Source: Runella sp. (GTDB lineage: Bacteria; Bacteroidota; Bacteroidia; Cytophagales; Spirosomataceae). Taken from it: a DNA stretch of 31,306 nt. Shown piece by piece: positions 9,325 through 17,500 of the stretch. Under the pieces are notes generated by a model, which saw nothing but the letters and a program-made list of their open reading frames with translations, was not told the origin of the DNA and did not search any database. Both the position numbers and the translations under genes were made by a program. Each line of letters starts with the position of its first letter. Position 1 is the first letter of the stretch. Location of the stretch: positions 1-31,306 of the forward strand of contig JAYVJH010000537.1 in the NCBI GenBank assembly GCA_043769455.1, in the 5' to 3' direction.

Positions 9325-9663
9325 ATGAAAAAAACATCAAAAAAATTTATCATTTTCGGACTATTATGTCTGTTTTTTGCTACCAACTCTATTGGTAGCA
9401 GCCCAGCTTTAGGGCGTTACAACACTATAGCCAATCCTAAAAATTATCAACCTAGCGGCGGCAAAGCCAATTATCCTGCGGTTGTAACTGCGGCTGTTGC
9501 TGTTGTAGCAACCACTTACTTTGCCGTTTATGAAGCTGGTAGAATCTTGGGCAAAGCTGCCTACTATTTTTTGTCAGGTAATACTGCAGTCAATGACGTA
9601 CAAAGTGCTGAATTTGCGTATTACAATGCAACAGATTTTTCATCTTATGACGCTAAAAATTAA
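9325..9663 (+). CDS. Secreted precursor peptide 1 (SdpC-like candidate toxin/RiPP precursor)
   Basis: 112 aa. Sec signal, GRY motif, Ala/Val/Gly-rich hydrophobic core (PAVVTAAVAVVATTYFAVYEAGRILGKAAYYF), C-terminal ATDFSSYD. First gene of an operon with SdpA/SdpB-like genes. Confidence 0.7.
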   Translation: MKKTSKKFIIFGLLCLFFATNSIGSSPALGRYNTIANPKNYQPSGGKANYPAVVTAAVAVVATTYFAVYEAGRILGKAAYYFLSGNTAVNDVQSAEFAYYNATDFSSYDAKN

Positions 9664-9679
9664 CTAAAAATAAAAAATT

Positions 9680-9994
9680 ATGAAGAAGAAAATTAACATT
9701 TTTATGCTACTGTTAGTATTATTTGTAAACATTAGCTACACAAACAGTGTCGCCATAGGCCGTTACAAAAATTCTAATATCCCCATATCAGTCAATTCTA
9801 ACGATAGAAAAGTAGGTTTTCCTGGATTGGTTTTGGCAGCACTGTACGTTGTAACATTAGGGGCGGTTTTTGTTGCTGGATTTGCTGAAGGTTGGGGACA
9901 AGCTGATGCAGCAGGTACTCAACGTTATACAGGTGTTTTCCCACTTTCAGAGAACCCAACAGATTTTTCTAAATTTGACACTGCGATAAATTAA
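9680..9994 (+). CDS. Secreted precursor peptide 2 (paralog of peptide 1)
   Basis: 104 aa. Sec signal, GRY motif, hydrophobic core (PGLVLAALYVVTLGAVFVAGFAEGWG), C-terminal PTDFSKFD. Confidence 0.7.
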   Translation: MKKKINIFMLLLVLFVNISYTNSVAIGRYKNSNIPISVNSNDRKVGFPGLVLAALYVVTLGAVFVAGFAEGWGQADAAGTQRYTGVFPLSENPTDFSKFDTAIN

Positions 9995-9996
9995 AT

Positions 9997-10677
9997 ATGA
10001 AAGGGTTTATTGAACGAGTCAGCTACGGGTGTAAAGTTCTACTTAGACTTACACTCGTAGCTACTCTATTTTTACACTTTAGTATAGTTGCTCTCGATCT
10101 TTTACCAGACAATCCTATTAAGCATCAGTATAAAAGAGAGTTGTTATACTACATGAATCCATTGTTTGCCCAGTCATGGAATTTATTTGCACCCAATCCA
10201 GTAAATTTTGATACCGCTATTTTGCTTCAATTCAAGAAAATGAAGAAAGGAAACGAAAATACTACGGCTTGGGTAGATATAATAGAACCATTATTAGAAA
10301 TACGAAGACAATCATTTTGGTCACCAACTCAAAGGGTTCTGAAAAATATGTCATCTATTACACAAAGTATAGCAGAAACCAATAACAATATTCGTATTTA
10401 TATCCAAAAAACAGATTCGCTTAAAAATAAAGATGTTGTAATTGATAAAATTTATAGCCGTCTTTATCCTACTTCACCTGGTCATATAGCACTAATACAA
10501 TATTCTAAGTATGTCTATAAAAACATGAATGAGACCGCGGATTTTGATAGTGTTTTGGTAAGATATAGAATTGTTTATCAAGAGTATCCTCGATTTTCAA
10601 AGCGAAAGCAAGATTATAACGACAAAAAAAACTGGAAAAATTCTGAAATTATTTCTAACTTTTATAAAGTCCAATGA
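9997..10677 (+). CDS. SdpA-like / DUF5819 family membrane-anchored protein
   Basis: Single N-terminal TM followed by YMNPLFAQSWNLFAPNP (the Q-x-W-x-(L/F)-F-A-P-x-P motif of DUF5819/SdpA). Immediately upstream of an HTTM gene with an ATGA overlap. Confidence 0.75.
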   Translation: MKGFIERVSYGCKVLLRLTLVATLFLHFSIVALDLLPDNPIKHQYKRELLYYMNPLFAQSWNLFAPNPVNFDTAILLQFKKMKKGNENTTAWVDIIEPLLEIRRQSFWSPTQRVLKNMSSITQSIAETNNNIRIYIQKTDSLKNKDVVIDKIYSRLYPTSPGHIALIQYSKYVYKNMNETADFDSVLVRYRIVYQEYPRFSKRKQDYNDKKNWKNSEIISNFYKVQ

Positions 10678-11879
10678 CATATAGCCAAGGCTTATCATAT
10701 TACAGGTTTGTTGTATCGTTTCTGGTAATAAAAAATACAATTTTTTATTTTCCAATGGCGAGTGAACTATTTGGTAAGAACGCCATTATCCCTTTGATGA
10801 TATATGATGCAAATAACAGTAGCCTTTTTTACTTAAAAACGCTACTCTTTTTTCCATTCCAATATTCTTACAGTGCACAATTATTTTTAATTTTGACTTT
10901 TATCACAGCGACCATATATTTGTTTGGTAAATGGCGTTTTGTTTCTGGTTGGATTCTTTATTATTTCATTATGGTAGCCAAAGAACGAAATGGTTTTATA
11001 CTTGATGGTTCTGATAATGTCATACAGGTAACATTACCTTTTTTGATTTTAGCCGAAACTTTACAACCACAGTTAGTTGCGAAAGTACTATTTTTGGATA
11101 AAATAAAAAACTTTACTAACTTTGATTTGTTCCTGTTGGCGTTAAAGGTGCAAGTATGTTTTGTGTATTTTTTTACCTCCTTAGCAAAACTACAAGGTAC
11201 TTTGTGGTTGAATGGCACTGCTGTTTACTATACTATGCGAGTGAGCGAATTTAATGCTACATCATGGAACGTACCTCTAACAGAAAACCACTACTTTGTA
11301 GTTGCATCAACATATTTTACGATTCTCTTTGAAATCGCTTTCCCTTTTTTAATATGGTTTAAGAGACCTAAATTTTTTATAATTATTGCAGGCATATTCC
11401 TACACGTAGGAATATGGGTATTTATGAGAATAGATAATTTTTCATGGATAATGATTGGTACTTATTTTCTTTTTATAGCAGACAACGAGTACAACCAGTT
11501 TCAAGCTATTGTTTACAAAAAAAGACTGTTGATTTATTTTGATAGTTGGTGTCCCAAATGTAGAGCGTTTATTTCACTAATTAGGATGATAGATGTTTTT
11601 GAAAATGTCCAATACGCATCAATCAGAGATATAAAAACAAGTGATATTATTGATACAAAGCGTTCTTTAAGAGAAATGCCATCTATTCAGACAAACAATG
11701 ATAAAGTTTACTATGGTTTTGATTCTCTTTTGAATGTTACCAAAGCTATTCCTATTCTCTGGCTTTTTGTTCCCTTGATGTATGTCTTAAAAATCACCAA
11801 CTTGGGCAAAATACTGTATAAAGAAATAGCTGATAATCGTAAAACTTTACACTGTAACGAAGATGAATGTAGTTTATAA
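10674..11879 (+). CDS. SdpB-like HTTM-domain membrane protein fused to a C-terminal DCC/DUF393-type thiol-disulfide oxidoreductase domain
   Basis: HTTM hallmarks: RNGFILDGSD, QVCFVYFFTSLAKLQGTLWLNGTAVYY, FEIAFPFLIW, GIFLHVGI. C-terminal LIYFDSWCPKC (DxxCxxC) ...YYGFDS..LYKEIADNR. Confidence 0.8.
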   Translation: MTYSQGLSYYRFVVSFLVIKNTIFYFPMASELFGKNAIIPLMIYDANNSSLFYLKTLLFFPFQYSYSAQLFLILTFITATIYLFGKWRFVSGWILYYFIMVAKERNGFILDGSDNVIQVTLPFLILAETLQPQLVAKVLFLDKIKNFTNFDLFLLALKVQVCFVYFFTSLAKLQGTLWLNGTAVYYTMRVSEFNATSWNVPLTENHYFVVASTYFTILFEIAFPFLIWFKRPKFFIIIAGIFLHVGIWVFMRIDNFSWIMIGTYFLFIADNEYNQFQAIVYKKRLLIYFDSWCPKCRAFISLIRMIDVFENVQYASIRDIKTSDIIDTKRSLREMPSIQTNNDKVYYGFDSLLNVTKAIPILWLFVPLMYVLKITNLGKILYKEIADNRKTLHCNEDECSL

Positions 11880-12177
11880 TTATTTCATACAAAGTAATTG
11901 GGTTCTTTGGTATGGTATTCCGCTGGTGTTGTACTACATTACTATATTTTATTTATTTCCAAACGTATATTTACTAAATTTGAATATACAGGAAAAAAGA
12001 ATTTATCCCCATATTAAGTCCACGCTTCTATTTGTCGCTTTACCGTATTTGTTAATATCGCTAATTATTTTTTTCATAGATATTAATATTTCCAATTCAC
12101 TATCGTCAAAGAGTGGTAGGATAATTACCTCATATCTACTCGTCAGACTTGTGTTACCATCACTTAAAATTAAGTAA
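11863..12177 (+). CDS. Small hydrophobic membrane protein (candidate immunity)
   Basis: 104 aa with 2-3 TM segments. Overlaps the HTTM gene end by 17 bp and has the same AT-rich composition. Confidence 0.5.
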   Translation: MNVVYNYFIQSNWVLWYGIPLVLYYITIFYLFPNVYLLNLNIQEKRIYPHIKSTLLFVALPYLLISLIIFFIDINISNSLSSKSGRIITSYLLVRLVLPSLKIK

Positions 12178-12181
12178 ACCC

Positions 12182-12703
12182 ATGAACATCTACACAAAGT
12201 TTTTATTCTATTCTATTGTTACTTCTCTGCTCGCCTTATTCGTTGTTTACAGTGTTTCATACTACATATCCAGTGACGGATTCTCTTCAAATGAGTCAAT
12301 TTTCTATGGTATGCTGGTCGCTTTTATCTATTTTTTAGTGTCTTTCATTACTGATACCATCTTTCTAACTCAGTATAAACAAGATTGTAAAAATGAAAAT
12401 ATATCGGTTGTAAAAAAACGGTTTCAGTTTCTGGCTATGACTATATTACCTTTTATATTTATAACTCTAATTGACTGGCTTTATTTCACCTTTATTGATA
12501 GCAGCATACCTAAAATGCACGTAGAATCAATAGCTGATGTGCTTATTTCCAATGGTCAAGACCCCGATGTAGTGTATAGTTTAGCTGAATTACCTCTAAT
12601 TGCCCAAAATATATTCGTTATTTTATTAGGTAAGATGATGAGTTCTACGTTTGCTATATTATTGTCAGACTCAATAACAAAAGACAAAGAACGTACTTAT
12701 TAG
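12182..12703 (+). CDS. ~4-TM membrane protein (DUF4199-like; candidate immunity)
   Basis: 173 aa from ATG 12182, 4 bp after the previous stop; the ORF-track start at 12149 overlaps that gene. Three TMs, a loop (YFTFIDSSIP), then a final TM. Confidence 0.6.
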   Translation: MNIYTKFLFYSIVTSLLALFVVYSVSYYISSDGFSSNESIFYGMLVAFIYFLVSFITDTIFLTQYKQDCKNENISVVKKRFQFLAMTILPFIFITLIDWLYFTFIDSSIPKMHVESIADVLISNGQDPDVVYSLAELPLIAQNIFVILLGKMMSSTFAILLSDSITKDKERTY

Positions 12704-12720
12704 TCTTGAATCAATAACCC

Positions 12721-14460
12721 CTACCAAGCAATGGTATAGGCAATCATTTCTTTGAGTGGTGCAATGAGTTCTTGTTTGCCATTGCTGGTACGGACAACGG
12801 GCGAAAACTCAGATGGAATATAAATATAATATTGCTGATGACGACCGTTGCTGGTGCCGTTGTCAATACTATAAATTCCTTTTTCGATTTCTATTATGGC
12901 ATCGGCCACGGCCAGCCGAATAGTCAGATCTGTAATCAATGCTGCGGCAGTGATGGTATTTACAAGCCCATTCCGGGTGGGTATTAGCTTTTGAGTTATT
13001 TCGGTTTTATCAAATAAATAATGTAGCGTGGGCGCGCCCAGTTCGTCTAATTTTGTTGCTTTGTAAGTGATGGCTGCCACGGTGTCAGGCCAGAGTGCGG
13101 CAGGCTCGTTGAGTGTAGCGATAATACTCTTTCCGTCTAATTGTTGCTTGACACCCAGCGGTTTGAGTAGTTGTGGCTCGCCCCGTTCGTGCCACATCTC
13201 GGTAACATCTGCAAACGCCCCACGCCATACTTGTAGCAAAGCAGCTTGGTTCAAATCGACAGAATAATGCAGCCCTTGCGGACTACCGACCGATAGTACG
13301 TGGGTGCGTTTTGTGCTTTCGCCTTCTATTTGTATAAAAGACCGCAATATTTCGGGCTTGTCTTTGGGTTCTACGGTTATCATTGGTATTGGCTCAGGCT
13401 CTGGCAAAGACGATAGCGCATGAAGTGAATAAGGCCGAACGCCCAATGCCGAAACCGTTAGCCCTAATGCTGCTGGCCGCCAGGCTTTGTGATAAAACAA
13501 CCTAAACCGATGCTCACCAGCCGACAGATTGACCGACCTACCGACAGGTTGCTGCGAAAACTCACTCCATTGGTTAGGTAGCACAGGCTTGTCGTCTATT
13601 GCCAAACTCAAATGACCCATATAGGCCATCGAAAACTGATACTCGGCAGTTATTTTAACGTTTATCGTTCCGTCATAAACTACACAAAAATCTTTTTGAC
13701 CCACGCCCCATGTCTGAGAGAGGGTTGATGTGGTATCTTTTTTTATTAGGTTTTTGGGGTCAATACTTTCAATGTTTTCTGCCCAGTCTTTATATAACTG
13801 GTAAGTCATTTGGGTTAGCGAAACTGGTTTTACTTCGTTCTGAATCTGATATAATACTTTTTGAACGGCCAATGTACCTGCTTCGACCTGAAAGCTAAGT
13901 ATATTTGAGTTGTTGGTTTGGGGCAAGAAAATATTTTCTTGAATCAAAACATCATTCAAATACAGGTATTCGAGTTGTGCTGGGGTGGCTGGTCTGGCTT
14001 TTCTGATTAGTAGCCTCACTGTTTGCCAAAGTCCTGATGCCTTACTTGCGTTTTGAGATGGAATGTTATTGCCGATACCTCCAGAAGTAGTATTTTTAGT
14101 GCCGTTTTGTAGCCAACTGTCTGCCACTTTAACAACATAACCACCTGGTAGAGTTACGTTACTTTTACCATCTTTTGATATTGCAAACTCAAATTGCAAC
14201 AACACATCACCACTCTCTAAACGAACCGTGGCTGGCATACCTACCGAACCCAGCAACACACCTTCGGTTTCAGAATAGAGTGGTAATTTTTGAGTTGCAT
14301 CAGGTTTGAAGGGGTGCATTTGTACTTGTTCATATACTTTCCAGTTGTCTTCAATCTTAAAAGAGTTGGGTGTAAGATTGGTCAAGCCATTCTGTGCAAG
14401 TGTATTGATGGCAGTCATACATAGTACGACAACAGATAAAAGCCGGTTATGAGAAATCAT
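12721..14460 (-). CDS. Secreted protein with a DUF1080-like (3-keto-disaccharide hydrolase-like) N-domain and a PA14 domain
   Basis: Signal peptide ending LA-Q from ATG 14460. NASKASGLWQ and YLNDVLIQEN are DUF1080-like. FCVVYDGTI..EYQFSM..LAIDDK..LSAGEHRFRLFY is PA14-like. Confidence 0.65.
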   Translation of the reverse strand: MISHNRLLSVVVLCMTAINTLAQNGLTNLTPNSFKIEDNWKVYEQVQMHPFKPDATQKLPLYSETEGVLLGSVGMPATVRLESGDVLLQFEFAISKDGKSNVTLPGGYVVKVADSWLQNGTKNTTSGGIGNNIPSQNASKASGLWQTVRLLIRKARPATPAQLEYLYLNDVLIQENIFLPQTNNSNILSFQVEAGTLAVQKVLYQIQNEVKPVSLTQMTYQLYKDWAENIESIDPKNLIKKDTTSTLSQTWGVGQKDFCVVYDGTINVKITAEYQFSMAYMGHLSLAIDDKPVLPNQWSEFSQQPVGRSVNLSAGEHRFRLFYHKAWRPAALGLTVSALGVRPYSLHALSSLPEPEPIPMITVEPKDKPEILRSFIQIEGESTKRTHVLSVGSPQGLHYSVDLNQAALLQVWRGAFADVTEMWHERGEPQLLKPLGVKQQLDGKSIIATLNEPAALWPDTVAAITYKATKLDELGAPTLHYLFDKTEITQKLIPTRNGLVNTITAAALITDLTIRLAVADAIIEIEKGIYSIDNGTSNGRHQQYYIYIPSEFSPVVRTSNGKQELIAPLKEMIAYTIAW

Positions 14461-14487
14461 AAGTGGTTGTGTTGAGGCAATAAAAAC

Positions 14488-14530
14488 AAAAAAGGCAGTT
14501 AGCATTTATAAATACTGACTGCCTTTTTTT
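14488..14530 (-). terminator. Rho-independent terminator after the T9SS Ig-repeat gene (probably bidirectional)
   Basis: AAAAAAGGCAGTTAGCATTTA/TAAATACTGACTGCCTTTTTT is a near-perfect palindrome with A/T tracts on both sides, 17 bp past the stop at 14547. Confidence 0.8.
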
Positions 14531-14546
14531 ATGAGTTTAAGTTCTT

Positions 14547-17500
14547 TTATTCAATCTTCAATATTTTGCGATGTGCCGTTTTATCGTTTTGTTCTATTCT
14601 CAAATAATATTGGCCCGACGGTACATTTTGAAGTGTTAGCTCTGTACGGTTTTGTTTTGTTTGGTATTGTTCTATGAGTCGGCCTGTGGCATCTAAAATC
14701 GAAATGGTAGCGGCATTTTTGAAGGTAATATTGCCGAAATCAACTACGATTTTGTCTTGAACTGGGTTGGGAAATACCGTTATCCAGTTGGCATTTGTAG
14801 TATTAGACGTACTCAATAACTGATTTACTCTGAGGCGATATTTGCTTGTAGCAAAGCCATTTCCACAGGCATTTATTACTGATACAACACTGTAAGTATT
14901 TGTTTTGGGCGATGTCAGCGTAAATTCGTAAGGACTTGTAGATAAGTCTAATGTTGTATTTTTTTGTGCCAAACTATCGCTATAAACCAACGTCCACGGA
15001 CTTTCGCCAGACAATGCAATGGTAATTTTAGTGGTTTCGTTTTCAAAAACACTTACCGGCCCGCTGATAGTTACATTGGGTAATTCTCGAACAGAAATCT
15101 GAACAGGGCTGACTTGGCCTTTTATACTAATGTTGGGTGCTGTACCCAATACCCTCATAAAATAATTGCCACCCAGTGTATTGGCAGGAATTGTGGCCGT
15201 GAGCGGGCTAATAGTACCTTGTGTTGGAATATTCTTAAAGTCGGCGTCTATATTTGTTTTTGAAATCTGAATTGTAAAAACGGCATTGGTTGGTACAAAA
15301 TCAGACGAAAAATATGGAATTATAAAAGTCTTACCTGCACAAAGCGAGGCTACATTTGGATTTCCTGTTGTAACGGTTGAGGTTCTTATGTTGATAGTTG
15401 CCGTACCGAGAGGCGTACCATCGCCACAGTTATTAGTGATTTTTGTTACTGTATAAATTGTCGTTTCGAGTGGTGTTACGGTAACAGTTGTAGGGTTTTG
15501 ACTAACTGTTGCCGTACCAGTAAAACCATTTGAGAGCGTGTATGTCCAAGGCCCTTGTCCCGAAAATTCTATTTTCAACGTTGCTGACTGGCCTTGAGTC
15601 AGGCTTGTTTCGCCACTAATGGTAGCCGTTGGCAATGGTTGAATAATCGCTACTATTTTGGCTCTATCGCTTTCACATCTGGTGGTAGCATCGGTTTGAG
15701 TAGCAAAAAAATCGTAAGTACCAGGTATTTGTGTAAAAATACCATAAACTGAGCCAGAGAAGGCAGGTCTGTTACCGTTGTACCACTTAATATCCGTGCC
15801 TGTAGCAGTAAGGTTTGCTATTGCTGCATTTTGACAGAACACAACTGGGTCTGTTGTTACGATTGGTTTGGGAGTAACTCGTACTTTTACAGTCAATATT
15901 GTGCGCTCACTTTCACAGCCGTCTAAGGTTTGTGTAACCCCATAATTTGCTATTAATGAATTGCCTGTTGTAATCATTGGGGCATCTGCCGAAGCTGTGT
16001 TGTTGGGGTAGTACCAGCGCAAAGCCGTGCCACCCGCTGTAAGTGTAAGTGTTGGGTCAAACTGACACAACAGATACTCTGTTATTAACTGGGTTGGTTT
16101 TTGAGGTAAAAACTTAACAAAAAAATTGATTTGTGTTTTTGGGCTTTCACAACCAAAGCCATTTACCTGAGATACAAAATATTGCCCAGCGCCAGCTATT
16201 TGAGTATTTACGGTCGGTGCATTTGGCAATGAGTTCAGCGAGAAAGTGTACCATTTTAGTGTGCTACCGTTGTCGGGTGTTCCTGTCAAGGGCTGTGCTG
16301 TTTCAAAACTACAATAAGTTGGACTTGCATTAGTTGGTGGTGTAATTGGTGTAGGATTGACCAATACCGTAACTGTTGAGCGAGGGCTTTCGCAGCCCAA
16401 TCCTGTTGTTTGAGATACATAGTAGTAGGTTGTTCCAGCAGTTTGTGTTGTCAATGTAGGCGACTGATTGGACGAAAAACCACCTGTAATTGTGCTATAC
16501 CACCCCAGGGTATTGCCGCTTGCTGGTGTTGCTACCAATGTGGTTGCAGGGTAGTTTTGACAAAAAACAGGATTGATAAAAGGTGGTGCTGCTGGTGTTG
16601 GGTTTATGCTTACATTGATGGTAGTAGCATTGCTTTCGCAACCAAAACCGTTTGTCTGCGTTACGGCATAGGCCGTTGTACCTGTGTTGGCAGTACTTGG
16701 GGTTGGTGCAGTACTCAGCACAGGGCCCGGAAAAGAATTATACCATTTTATGTTTGTACCATTGGCTGTTAGTTGGTTTGATGGGTACGTTTGGCAATAG
16801 GTAATGGCGGTAGTGGTAGTGGGTGGTGCGGGTTGTGGGTTTACGTTTACTTGTACCAAAGTACGTGGAATATTCTCACAACCTGCAAAAGTACCAGATA
16901 CATATAATCGTTGTGTTACATAATAATTTGTAATACCTACATTGGCAGAGCTTGGTATAGGTGCCGTACCTGAGCTATTGCCACCTGTTGCGGCTGCGTA
17001 CCAGCTGATGCTTCCTCCTAAACTTGGTGTGGCTACAAGTGGATTAGTATTGCTATTTTGACAATAAGTAATATTTGAAGCTGATGGTGCAGGGGTAAAA
17101 TTGACCAATGCCGTAATAGTAGCCTGCGGACTTTCGCAGAGTGCTGGCGATGCGGTAATTTGTGATACTTTATAGGTATAAGTAGTGCTTCCACCTACGT
17201 TGGTATTGGGTGTGGGTGCAGATGTTCCAGTAAAGTTTCCATTACCGTCGTACCATTTCAAGGTATTGCCTGTGCTTGGGCTTGCGTTCATGGCACTTGC
17301 ACCGTCGTTTTGGCAATATACTGCACTCGAAGCCGAGGGTATGGCAGGTATGGCATTGATTGTTACCGTAATTGTGGCTCTTGTACTTTCACAACCATTT
17401 AGTATTTGGCTTACATAATAGTTTGTACTACCGACACTGGCCGATGATGGTACAGTTGCTGCCCCAGATGGTATGCCACCTGTTGCATTTGGTCCATACC

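Noticed and set aside
9325-9400. Peptide 1 as a lipoprotein (Cys15)
   Set aside because: GLLC is not a lipobox and the hydrophobic stretch continues past the Cys; peptide 2 has no Cys.
9325-9994. Double-glycine class II bacteriocin or lanthipeptide precursors
   Set aside because: Sec-type signals rather than GG leaders, no Cys in the cores, and no C39 peptidase-ABC transporter or Lan enzymes nearby.
8750-12720. Prophage, ICE or integron origin of the island
   Set aside because: No integrase, att-like repeats, or phage or conjugation genes in the window.
14461-14505. ORF-track N-terminal extension of the PA14 gene
   Set aside because: It runs into the terminator hairpin; ATG 14460 gives a clean signal peptide. 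Over-long starts at 1435, 12149 and 29759 were trimmed for similar reasons.
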